DNA of 64,000 bases from Adineta vaga (lineage: Eukaryota > Animalia > Rotifera), in assembly GCA_021613535.1 (NCBI GenBank), contig CP075495.1, forward strand, positions 8,184,001 to 8,248,000. The letters are read 5' to 3'. This document shows positions 40,928 to 55,729 of the stretch, in pieces. The position numbers and the translations under genes were made by a program. Within the stretch, counting starts at the first letter, position 1. Each line of letters begins with the position of its first letter. The notes under the pieces are model-generated. The model was not told the DNA's origin. It worked only from the letters and a program-made list of their open reading frames with translations, and searched no databases.

Positions 40928-41354
40928 CTGTCATAGTTTTCTTTTTCTTTTTCAATCTATCTTTTTGCATTTTTTTTCTTTCTTTATTTCGATCGAAAAT
41001 TTTTGGATACATGTGTATTTTGTTTTACTTTTCTTTTTTCTAACACATGCGCTTATCTTCATTCACAAGATTTATTCGTTCGTTGATCACGCTACCATAC
41101 CTATATCCTGTTGTTTTGTCATATTCTTCTTCTTATTATTATTTTTCTTTCTTTCTTTCTTTCTTTTCTTTGTTGGTTGTTGTACGTTTAAAAACGGTTC
41201 AAAAGAGGGAAAAAAAACAAATAGATAAAGAGAAAAAAATTTTCTTCGACAAAAAATTGATGTTTCTCGCAGTAATTGGATAACTCTATGATAAATAAAT
41301 AAAAATGACGAACAGAAACGATAAGAAAATCAAACTATTTCTATTATTTTGTAG

Positions 41355-44300
41355 ATGGAATGTACAATTCTAAATGATGGTAATAAACATAGAATAAAGA
41401 ACAACACATGCTTGATCCTATTTCTATATTATTTAGAAGCATTCAAAGATTTTCTTGAGGATGATTTTGATATCAAATCATTTTCAGCAAATGTTTTACA
41501 AACAAAAATTGTTACAGATTATTTACAACATTTAAATGAATTAATACGATCACTTGATGGAGAAATAAAACAACAAGTAATACTACAAGAAAGATTAGAT
41601 TTGAATGAGAAATTCTAATTTTAGGTATCAACAAATGCACCCGTTCTTTTTCGACAAGCATCGTCCATTGGAACAATTGAAGATGTTTTAGAAAATATGC
41701 AAACAAGAATTAAATCATTGAAAACAACTGTTGACAGGTTTCTATAAAAGAACTTTAGACATAGAAGATTCTTCCGAAAAATAAATCTTAATATTTTGTT
41801 TGATTAGTATATCAACAAAAGTGACTGAACCGTACAATATTATCTTAAATCGAAAATATCAATTAACACGTCTTCAAGTAAATTCTTCTATCTTTCAATT
41901 CAGAATAAAATGATATTATTCGATCGTGTAGAATACATGTGATCTTCTTCGACGAATAAAAGGAATAATGCAACAAACAGCTAAATTACGAAAATTTATT
42001 TCATCTTCAAATACAGGTCAACAACAAATTGAATTAGTAAAAGCTTCTCAATGTTTAAGTGAACTAGGTATTGATCTTGTTTTGTATTTTTATACCTAAT
42101 TTTCATTGTAATTTTTCATCTAGATCATTTTACAGTTGATGCTGATTTTACTGGTATTGATATTGTTGAAAAAGATTTACAATTTGTTTTTAAAGCTCGA
42201 CATGATATTCATAATCAAGCTCAAGATGTTCTAGAAAATGGACTTAATCATTTGGTTTGTTCGAAGAAAACTTTGAGTTTCGGAAAAGTAAAATCATCTT
42301 TCTTTTATAGAATCCAGCTCAAATTGGTACAGCATTACAAGTTTTCTTTAATTTGGGTATTCTTTATGATTCAATACAATCAATTGAACAACGTTCGATA
42401 AAAAATTTTCAAAGTCAAGTTGTTGATTATCTTGATCTAAAACAATTGTCAAAAACTCGAGATCGTATGTATCTTCGAACATGAAAAACTTGTGTTTTTT
42501 TCGTAACAAAGTTTTTGTTTTTAATTTTAGCATCAAATCCAGGTCGAACAACAATGCCAAGTATTGGTAATACACCTCAATTTCGTGCATTATTATGGAC
42601 AAATATTGAGAAAATCTTGGATTTATTATATGTACATGTTGCCCAACTTTATAATCTTACACGTGTTTTAATTAAAAAGAAAGATCCAATTACACATGGA
42701 ACATTTATTGATGAATTAATCAAAGTATTTTCTTGAAAGAAAGAGACAAAGTAATGAATAGATATTTGTCTGAATTTAGCATGGTCATTCAGGTGATTTA
42801 GTTGGTAAATTTTGGATTAGTGCAATGAAAATATTACGAGAACAATTGCGAACATCAGTTGCAGGTAAGGAAATTATTGTAGATGAAGAAGAAAGAACTC
42901 GTTTGTTGTTTAGATTCGATACATTTAAAACAAGCATTGGAAGGAGAATATCCGAAATTATTAAAATTACAAAATGAAGTTATTAATCGTTTGAATCAAT
43001 TACAACCAGGTTTTAATGAAATTGAAATGGATAATATTAATGAAGAATCAAATAATTCCGAAGAAATTAATGAAAAACAAAAGTTTGTCGATTTTCTATA
43101 GTAATGAATATAAAGTTGTTTTCTTTAGAACAAATTTACAATTGAATGAATGTTTTGATATATTCGAACAATCTTATTTATCAATATCTTTATCACGTCT
43201 ATCAGATTTGATTAATCTCATGTTTAGTACGAGTACAATGAAATTATTACCAACGCAACAAGAAATAGAAAATCTTATTAAAGTTATTGTCAAGTAAGAT
43301 TTCATTTTCTCATACAAAGTCTCTATTCTTCTATTTCAAGTGAATTATCTGTAACAACTGTTAGTGAAGCATTAGTTAATAAAGTAGCACGAAATATTGC
43401 TAAAAGTATTCAATTATTTGCTGCTAAGTAAGTTTTATTAATTCTAATCTATAAATCTAATTATTTCTATTCTATATAGATGCGAACAATCAGTAAGTAT
43501 TGACTGAAAACTTTCAAATAGTTTTATTATTTTCTTGACAGATTTGTACAGATAGTGAAGGTAGTCAAGTAGTATCAGCACCAACACCTGCTCAAATACG
43601 AAATATTTCTGCAATTAATATTCTATACAATTTCTGTACAATGATTAACAAAGTTTGATTTTATCTTCAATTGAAATTAAAAGAAAAGAACTTCATAAAT
43701 CGATTTAGATGCTTTCTGATCAACAAAATCTTTCATCGACGGCAATAACACGTATAACTGATGCTTTACAAGTATAAAGAGATAACATGGAAATATTGTT
43801 TTTCAATGTATTCATTTATTTAGTGTGTTCATTCATTGATGAATACGGCTATTCATCCGTTTCTCAGTTCAGTTGCGGATTGTATTGAAGCTATACTTGT
43901 CACTATGCACAATGAAGATTTCTCTCAGTATATTGAACGTTAGATTTGTTAATTATCTTGTCAGTATTTATTCTTTTTCTAGAACAGCATCAAGTCGATC
44001 AGATTCTCAAAGTTCATTATATATGAAAGAATTACAAGAATTTATCTTTCGTATCCAAAAAAATTATTTCACCGAATTTCAATGTAAAGACTTTATGTAT
44101 GAAAAGTAAGTCTATTGAATTCTGTATTAATCATTTCGAATTAAAATATTTCTATGATAGTCTTGCACCTATTGCTTGTCGAGCAATTATTCTCTTTATT
44201 GAACATGTTAGTCTGGTTCGACCGTTAGGTGAAGGTGGTATGTTACGTTTAGTGGTCGATTTTGCACAAATTGAATTGGCATTATCACCATTTTGTCGTC

Positions 44301-44780
44301 GATTAATTGATTTAGGAAAACATTATAAAATTCTCAAAGCATTTCGTTCGCTTTTAATTTTAAATACTGAAGATTTTCAAAATAATTCGGCTGTTGGTGA
44401 TGTGGTTCCATATGATGTTGTACTTCATCATCTATTTTCACGTGCACCTGCTGATATACGTTCACCACATCAAGTATAATTTCAATGAAAATATTCATTT
44501 CTCATCAGGAAATATCAACGATTATCTTTTAGGTTATGGGTTGGTCAATTACACGTTATATGCAATGGTTAGATGAACATCCAAATATGAATGATCGTTT
44601 AACAATGATTAAGTATGTCGAAGAAAGAGTTTTGAATTGAGTAATTATTATATCATTTATTTTAGAGGAACATTAGAGACCTACGTACAAACGGTTCGAT
44701 ATCATCAACAAAAAGAATTCGCACCTATTTATGTGATTATTCTGAATATTTTGGAAAAGGGTTTAGCAACTACTGCTTAG
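41355..44780 (+). CDS. COG5: Conserved oligomeric Golgi complex subunit 5, many exons
   Basis: Motifs [90 protein letters not shown]; stop at 44780. Confidence 0.95.
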
Positions 44781-45633
44781 AACAATTCTTTTTATTTGTT
44801 TTTATGAATAACATTGTGATATCAATAAAAAAATTCGGCTTAAGGGAATATATGATTAATGGTTAGAGGATTAAGAAAGAGAGAATAAAACAGATGCAAT
44901 ACGATGATTGAATATCTTTTCAAATTTTGTTATACGAATAATTAATTATTCCGAAATTGATATTCGAAGAATTTTAGTTGCATATTTTATATTATTCTTG
45001 CAGATCTTATACATAGAAATCGATACTACAAAGGATTTTCTTAAGTATATACTTTATTTTGAACAATAAGGTAAATATAGAATATCATCTGATTGATGAA
45101 TGCTTTTTCTTTTCTTCATTTTTTTCTTACTTTTGTACCGAGATCATTGAATTACGAAATGTTTCTTCATTCTGCCAAGTAGCATGCTTTTCGGTTAGAA
45201 AACCTATATTTTGATAGAATCTCTGTTCGATAATAATTGAAATGGTACATGTCAGACTTCTAGAGAGGAAAGATTGACAAATTGTTTTCCCTATGTTAAT
45301 ACATGACCAGCTATGAATAAACTCGTCTAACTAAAAACGTACTAAGCTTTTTATCAATTTCCTTGTCTTGCTAATACAATAATCTTTACTTGGCCTTTTC
45401 ATTTCTCTTTCTTTCATATTATTTATCAAATATTTTTCTTCAGTTTTATTTACTGACATTTTCATGGCTTAATCATACCGCTTATATTTATTTTTCTGTC
45501 TTTAGAGAAACGAAGAAGTAATGTTTTAGACCGAACGCAGAATTACGATGACTAATTGAGTATATAACATAAGGTATGCTTTATAAATGTTTGGAAGAGT
45601 GAAAAGTGGAAAGTAAATACGTTTTTATAAGTA

Positions 45634-47661
<2,028 letters not shown>

Positions 47662-47812
47662 ATAAATAAAGAAATAAAGAAAGAAGAACAAAAAGATTTC
47701 ATTTCATTTTATTTCTTTTTTTCTCGTATATCATCAAAATAAAACATTATTATTGAATTATGTTCCTTGAAAGAAATCGTTCAAATAATTGTTTACGTTT
47801 TTCAACGGCTAG

Positions 47813-48235
47813 TCAACCCGATGCACTTTTACAACCAATAAAACCATTACAAAAGAAACGTTTTTGTATACCATGAGCTTCATTCGATAATTCATGATTT
47901 TCATCATCAGTAAATTGATTATCTGTATAACTTTGATGAATAACATCAACGACATGTCGACAAGCTTCAGCATTTGATGAACCAAAATATCCAACTAAAC
48001 ATAAACGATTAAGTGATTCACGTAATTGATTAAGTAATTTCATTCGTTCATGAGTGTTTGGTTCGTTAGCGATATTGTTCATTGTATGAAGATAACCATT
48101 ATGTGGATGTTGAAAGTCATCAATGTTTTCATCGATCATATGATTTGTTGCTTCCGAATGAATTGGTGTTCCATGTAAATGTTGAAAGAAGATGATGGAA
48201 ATCATCATGGATATTAATGACCAATGAAACGACAT
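47813..48235 (-). CDS. CCAP (crustacean cardioactive peptide)-type neuropeptide precursor
   Basis: Single coding exon with a signal peptide, acidic spacer, KR cleavage site and then FFCNGFIGCKSASG-stop. This matches CCAP PFCNAFTGC spacing, and the terminal Gly is an amidation signal. Confidence 0.88.
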   Translation of the reverse strand: MSFHWSLISMMISIIFFQHLHGTPIHSEATNHMIDENIDDFQHPHNGYLHTMNNIANEPNTHERMKLLNQLRESLNRLCLVGYFGSSNAEACRHVVDVIHQSYTDNQFTDDENHELSNEAHGIQKRFFCNGFIGCKSASG

Positions 48236-49062
48236 TAGAATTCTTGATATATGTTAATGGAAAAAACAGAAAAGAAGATAGAAAGGTAGTGTCTAGATGA
48301 GAAACTTTTCAAATATGACAGGAGAAGATATGAATTGAGGAAGTTTCTTATATGATTGTTCTTCTTTTTCTTTTCTCTTCTCTTTTTCTCTTTTTGTCCT
48401 TGTTCAAAATTATTTTATTCATCTGCTTAACGATCTTATAACCGCAGGCAATCTATTCCAAAGCGATCAGTTCGTCTATCGCAATGATTTTCAACATCAA
48501 TTATCTATAGAATCGTCAAAGTACTTTCTCTATACAATTTGTAGTCTTCTAGTCTCAAACGCCTCCACATAACAATGATAAATTGAAAGGCTATTTACTG
48601 CTTCATAATAATAGTTAAAGAAGATTGACAGATTCCGTATTCTTTTCTTTTTATTTACGCAAGCAAAATTTCTAAAACACCAAAATGACATTTGCAAGAA
48701 GAAGGCTCTTAGTGATTTCCGTTTGTCTACCATTGTTAATATCTGAAAATAACATAAAACATTTCAAAAAAAAAACCAACATAAATCGTTTCAATTATGA
48801 ATAAAACAACTTCGACATATGCGTTTTCAAGCTGAATATATATTTCTTACTCTAATGTCCTTTGAACAATACCTGGAAAAAAAATTGATTCACCTGTACA
48901 ATGTCTCAAGACAATATTACATTTGATTTCTTTTTCTTTATGACCTTTTAATATGTTCGATGTATCATTAACTTCAATTATAGATGTTTCGGTACAAATA
49001 ATGATATATGTATAGGTCTATATTCGTTTTTTTTCCTCTTTCATTTTTAATAATATAAAACG

Positions 49063-49813
49063 ATGCAACTATTTTTTACTTTTTATTTTATTGCTCTTCT
49101 TTGTATTACTCTTTACTATCCTATTCAAGCACGAACTATTCACGATCAGAAAACATCACTGAATCTTTGTCAGCAGTTTTTAAATCTGACTGATTGTTAT
49201 TATTTTTCTTGCCTTGATTCGGTCCATCAATGTGGACGAGATAATATTCTTGTACAATTTTCTTATCGATTTTGTAAGTAAATTTATTCTATAATTAGAA
49301 ATATATATCAAATTTCAATTAGGCGAAGCTGTACTAGAACGAGTGTATAAATCTTTAACTTCATCAGGTAAACAATGGTCACGAAGATCACAAATATGTT
49401 TAATGGAAGAATTAAATCATTTCTCTATAAATTCTCCATCATCTACATGTACCGATATTGATCGATTTGTACTTGATAAGTATCCAATCTGTTTAACTCA
49501 ATCACATGCTTCTTTTTCTATCTGTTCTATAATGTGTGATAATCTTGCGATATTTTTGGAAATTTTTAATGACTGGAATTTATCGAATCCAAATTTAAAA
49601 CGTCTTTTTCTGAAAATAAGCCATCTATGTCAAGAACAACCACAAATAGAAAATGCTATTGATATCAATCGATCGAATATTCCTATGATACTATGGTCTT
49701 TATGTTTAGACTCATCAAAAACTCAATTTCGAAATTTTCATCCAAATGAAATTATGATTCGCAATTATGAACGTTCGGGATTATTTGCTAATTTTCATGT
49801 TGAGGAACATTGA
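49063..49813 (+). CDS. Secreted Cys-rich stanniocalcin-like protein, 2 exons
   Basis: Signal peptide; DCYYFSCLDSVHQCG...YRFC|EAVLERVYKSLTSSGKQWSRRSQICL...TCTDI...YPICL...SIC. A 49-nt intron (49274-49322) keeps the frame. Confidence 0.75.
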
Positions 49814-49953
49814 AGAGACAGAGAGAAAAAAATACAACTGAATTTCATTTTTTTTGTTTTCATGTATTTTCAAACGGAAAATATAAATGTTTACAACAGC
49901 ACCAAAAGAAACGATTGAACATTTTTCAGTTAATAATGTTTCGATGATTCAGA

Positions 49954-51846
49954 TTAATCCCAATCTTCATCTGGACGATGATGAATACGTTGATAAATTG
50001 TTGGACAAGATCGATTACATGATGAAATCTGACGTGGTTCGAAAAGAACTAATTGTGCTGATAGCTTTTCATTATCGGAAGTACGTGTTGTTGTTGTTGT
50101 TGTCTCATGTTGATCCGTTCGATTATTAAATGGTATAGCTAATGGATTTAAATTTGAATCGAAATTCTTTCCTAAGAAATAGATATTGAGTTCAATGAGA
50201 AAGACAACATTTTGTTATGACATACGAATGGCATGAGTTCGTTGATGATCATATTTTTTTGTTTTTATCACATTCTTATCTTTTTCAAATGAATTTTCAT
50301 GTGAGCTTGCATCTGATGATGATGATGATGATGATAAGATTACATTTGATAATAAAAATTTTCCTTTCTTAATCTTTTTATATTGATCTTTTTTACCTGA
50401 CCAATAAGCTTCTTGTTGTAATGATAGACTTCCATGATAAGTTACTTTTATGTAAGGTAATAATGTCGAAGAATTATAATCACAATATGTATAATACAAA
50501 TAAGCCATTAATGAAACATAATATTCAGCTAAATCTCGAACCTATAATTCATCGAATAGAATCTATAGAAAAACAAATCTAATTTAACGATTAACTTACA
50601 TGAGCCATAGCGCAGTATTTATTTTCAAGTATACCATGATAATCACATGCACGAGAATGTAGAACTGGTTGTTGAGGAGTTTTTCTAAATAGAAGAAAAA
50701 ATGTTCTTCTCACCATTACTTATAGTTCAATACGAACTCCATTAAAACTCCCAGATTACATTTGAATTGAACTCGATTATAATAATTTTCATAGATAACA
50801 GCAATTAATGCTTCAATTGGATATAATGTATAATCATCCATACGATCTCGTGTTGATGGTTGATCATAGATCCAATCAAGTGCAGCTTTTGTTGACCAAA
50901 ACGATTCCATTGTACAAAACATTGGCATTGGTTCATGATCAATTTGATTACGAAAATCACATAATGAACCAAGCATTTCATTCAAATCATCTAATAATTG
51001 ATTATAATCTTGTGTACCAATCTTTTCGTATGGTGTACATGGTAAACCTAAGTGACAAAAAAGTCAGATGACTAATTAATAATAAGAATTTCTTTATCCG
51101 TTTCAATTGCATATATGTCAAGTATCTTTCTTTTTCGAACTCGCATATGATAATTTTATGTCGCAGAACATTCTGATAAGGACATACTTGGATAACATAT
51201 GCAATTCATTTTTGGACAAATGTCATATTACTGTTTCCTTTTCGAAATTATTTTATTGAACGTTCTCCAACTCAATTAACTTTTATATGTTCTGTTCTCT
51301 TCTCTTCGAGTATAACTTGGTAAGAAAAAAAATGTGTAAATTTATATTCAAACCATGAGTTCGTCTTGAATGTTCAAGAATATCTGCTTGATAACCAGTC
51401 GGTAATTGATCTCCTGGATGAATAAAATCATGAAAATCATCGGTTATTGAACAGATACGTTTATGTAAATTCGAATGTCTTTCATAATGTTGATTAACTT
51501 TCTTAGATAGATTTATTGATCGAATATTAGTCGTATTTCCATATAATTGTGGCCAAAAAGTTGTTTCAACAAGAGAAATTTCTGCTGGGATAGCAAAATG
51601 ATCGATATGACAATAAGTATTAATATGTAATAGATAAACTGGACAAAATGGCCAACAACGATGAGCTAATTGTTCTTGAATTTGTGTACAACTTTCAAGA
51701 AATAATTGATTATATTGATTCGTATCATGATAGGATGGACTAGTTATTGATGGTTGAAGTGGAGAAATAGTTGACGATAGAACAGGAAATAGAATACGTT
51801 TAAATTCATCATCGAGATCATTGTCAATATGTAATGATGATTGCAT
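49954..51846 (-). CDS. mael: Maelstrom (piRNA pathway MAEL domain protein)
   Basis: LHINTYCHIDHFAIPAEISLVE, FHDFIHPGDQLPTGY...HSRRTHG|LP and ACDYHGILENKYCAMAH|VR supply the E-C-H-C zinc ligands, followed by a Ser-rich tail. The true start may be slightly upstream of 51846. Confidence 0.87.
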
Positions 51847-52496
51847 TTTTTCACGGAAATTTTCTCTTGAAAAGATGTTCGAAATATTAAATTATAAATT
51901 GTAGTACGATAAGCATTCATTCGTTCCATTCGTAGGATGATATTTTTTCGTGTGATGTCGCTGAAAGACGATTCGATTTTTCGTTTTTCTTCATGGATAA
52001 TAGTACTATTCAGGTTCGCTTTTTCTCGTGAACGCACATCGAGTCGAGATGTAACTGTTATTAATTAAGCTGTTTAATGAAATTTATATTTATTCGATCA
52101 ATCTTGACCTCGCAAAGCGGAACAGAAAAAATTAATAGTATCGATAATCAAATTATATTTTCGTACAAAAACATATACAAAGGAATAAACATGAAACATA
52201 ATATTGTGTATAAAATCAACGATAATGATCGTAGATTATTCAAGTATGAATTTTACTTTTCGTAAAAGAAAAAGTCAATGAATTATGTCGAAAGACCAAT
52301 GAAACTATAGTATTATTTTTTATTTTTATTTTAGTCAAGCATCCTTGCTTAGCAATGACTGTCGCGGTCACGGTTGAATGCTCATCACGTTGTGACTCTC
52401 TTTTCTCTCCGTCTGTTCTATATAAATCAACCACTCATTTACTCATTATTTATTGACCGTTGTATACATACACCGATTAATATTATTTAAGAAATA

Positions 52497-53850
52497 ATGC
52501 CACCAAAAGCGAATTCATCAAATGATGTCGATGTATTACATTCAGATGATACTGATGGAGAAAATATACCGTGGAAAAATCGTATGACAAATATGGCAAC
52601 AAATAAATTTCAATCATTACGTATATTCATTTATAACAAAGAATTTCAAACATTTCTTGGCAATTCAAGTTCATTTTGGATTAAAACTGCAATATATTAT
52701 TTCTTTTTCTATGTCTGTTTGGGTTTGTTTTATTCTGGTATGGTCGCTGTATTTGGTGCAATTATTTCCCGTGAATCACCTACATATTGGTACCATAATA
52801 GTGAAATGAATGATGGTGGAACTGTTTATATTGGTTTGTTTGAATTTGAAGAGAAATAGTGTGATAATTATTCTTGTGATTTGATTTAGGAATGGGTTTT
52901 CGTCCAATGCCTACTATTGATGATACATTAATAACAATCTACAGTGATTTTAAATCACAAAATGATACTGTTTCTAGTTTGAGAAATTATCGAATTGGTA
53001 AAAATTGTTGGACAAAATCATTTTTCAATTAATTTTATTTTCGTTTAGAATTTCTTACACAATATGATACAACATATTTACAAGATTGTAGTCCAACAGA
53101 ACCAGCATCCGAGCTTCAAGCAAGTCGTTCATGTCGATTTTCTTGGGATGATATTGTTACAAGTGAATGTATTTAATCAATCGAAATCATTATTACTCCA
53201 TATATTTACATATTCCTTTCTTTTCTTCTTTAGCTCATCCTTGTTCTGAACAAAATTTTTACGGATATACCAAAGGACAACCATGTGTACTTGTTAAATT
53301 AAATAAAGTAAACAACAAAAATAAATATTTACTTTTATTATTCCTATATATCTTGTTTTATTTGTTTTTTTTATAGATCTATGGTTGGACACCAGATGTA
53401 GGTAATATTATTCCTAGTGTAGCCAATGCTACAGGTCAACCAGTTTTACCAGTTGATCAACGTGAAGATAATATTTATATAACATGTAATGGAAAAGAAG
53501 CATCCGATCGACAATCTGTTGGTGCAATGGTATACTATTCTCTTTTACATCCACTTGGTTATCCATATTATGGTGGTATACCTTATTATTTCTTTCCTTA
53601 CATGTAAGAAAATTCATATTATTTATATTGAATAGCTGTAATTATTCGTTATTGATTTAGGAATTCAAAGGAACATGTTGAACCATTTGTCTTAGTACAA
53701 TTTACTGGATTACCTATGGAACAAGAGATTGAAGTAGAATGTCGTTCTTGGGCACCAAATATTCAACAACGTTCCGAAGGTACAACAAGTCGTGGAATGG
53801 TCACATTTACTCTATTACGAACAGCTAAATTGGGTTCGTCAAGAAAATGA
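52497..53850 (+). CDS. Na+/K+-ATPase beta subunit, paralog 1
   Basis: FIYNKEFQTFLGNSSSFW, TM YFFFYVCL, GMGFRPMP, YGYTKGQPCVLVKLNKIYGWTP, YFFPY, VECRSWAPNI...RGMVTF; six Cys retained. Confidence 0.92.
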
Positions 53851-54296
53851 ATACAGTAGTTCCAAACTTCCAAATATTTCCTTTTTTCCTATTAACCTTC
53901 ATTTCATAAAATTATCGTTTACATATCTTCATGTTTTTTCTATGATATAACGATAATTTCGTCGTTTTCTTTTACCTTTCCTTCTTCGTTTTTTAATATT
54001 TGTACCTATACTTAAATAAATGTCCTCGCTTTGAATACATAAGCAGAAAAAGAAATGATAGCGTATTGGACTTTCTCTCTTTCTCTTATAAGAATGATAC
54101 AAAAAATATTCATCAGATGGTTACGGTTGAAAGCATTTTCATACCTACTAACATTACCATTATTCGTTTAAATATGCATATATAACATAACTCTATTTAC
54201 TCTTTTCCTTCCTTACATATTACCGAAGGTACGTTTCTTTTCTTTTTTATTTATTTTAATCTGAATGGAAAATGAAATGTACCTAGTTTAGACAAT

Positions 54297-55729
54297 ATGA
54301 CAGATAAAAATACAAAAAATGGTGGCGATATTGCAGTAGCACACCAGCTTCTCGCAATATCGAACGACGAAAAAGTAGTCGAGAAGCTGAAAAATCATCG
54401 AAGAATAATGGAGAGAAAAAAGCAAATATTTTACAGAGAATACTTCGTTTTCTGTATGATCCAAGAAAGAAAACTGTACTTGGTCGTGGTGCTCTCAATT
54501 GGGGTGAATTTAACGATAGATTTTCATTTCATCTCGTTCATATATTCACTTTTTCTAGCTAAATTAGCAACGTATTATACAATATTTTATTTCTTTTTGG
54601 GCTGTTTTTTTGTTGCATTAGTTTATATATTTGCATCAATTCTCGATCGTACTGAACCAAGATATCATAATACAGAAAGTACAATGGCTGTACGGAGCAC
54701 ATCAGCTGTTGGTTTGTATCGAAATATTTTGACGAAAATTTATTTCAATTTTCATTATTCTATTCGTTTAGTTGGAATGGGTTTTCGACCACAACCTGTC
54801 ATTGATGATAGTCTTATTCGAATATCAAACGATAAAGAAGAGCAAGCTCGTATTGCGTCATCTCTTCGATTATTTCGCGATGTTTATCTCATTCAAGGTG
54901 CTGATGCAAAGACTGAAAATTGTTCCGAAGCAGATCCAGCATCCGATTTGCCAGCGGGTACAGCTTGTGCATTCAATTGGTTTCATATTGTTAATACTAA
55001 TGGACATCCATGTTCAGATAATAACATGTATGGTTTTAAACGAGAAGAACCATGTGTACTTGTTAAATTGAATAAAGTAATTCAGTACATTTTTTCTTGA
55101 GATATCAATCAAATGAATCTTTTCACTACTTAGGTTTATGGATGGAAACCTGTAACAGGTGCTTTACCAGTAAATATACAAAAGCTTCGAGGTATTCATA
55201 GTAATAAAAGTGTCCAGAATTCTGATGTTTATATCACATGCGAAGGAACAGTAAGTATTTTTGAAATGTTCTTTGTTTTATAAAACAATTCAAATGATTT
55301 GTTGATTTGGATGTAAAATCGACAAATTATCGCTTCTATCTTCCTAATTTCAATTTATCCAATCATGCTATTTTTTAATAGAATGCTGCGGATAATGATG
55401 TATTAACAGATATGACTTATTATTCATTACGTTTTCCATCTGGTTCACAAAAATTCGGTGTAATTCCCAATTATTACTTTCCATATCGGTAAAAAATTCT
55501 TTTATCTATAATATAAACAAAATAAACCTGTTAATTCGTTCTTTTTTCTAGTAATGCCAAAGATCATGTTCAACCATTTATTCTCGTTCAATTTCATAAA
55601 TTACCATTAAATCGTCTTGTTAGTGTTACATGTCGTGCATGGGCACCAGGTATTGAACATAATGTTCGAGGTATGCGTGGTATGGTTAGTTTTCAATTAT
55701 ATCGTACAAAAACAACAGAAGCCAAATAA
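54297..55729 (+). CDS. Na+/K+-ATPase beta subunit, paralog 2 (apparent frameshift in the first coding exon)
   Basis: RFLYDPRKKTVLGRGALNW|AKLATYYTIFY, GMGFRPQP, YGFKREEPCVLVKLNK|VYGWKP, YYFPY, VTCRAWAPGI...RGMVSF; stop at 55727-55729. Confidence 0.9.

Noticed and set aside
40965-41283. Hydrophobic Phe/Leu-rich ORFs after PPM1A/B, and similar short or antisense ORFs elsewhere in the track
   Set aside because: They arise from T-rich UTR or intergenic sequence, or are shadows of real exons on the other strand; no motifs.
54297-55100. 267-aa ORF in the track as a real continuous protein
   Set aside because: It is a composite of an off-frame first exon, read-through introns and true exons of the ATPase beta subunit.
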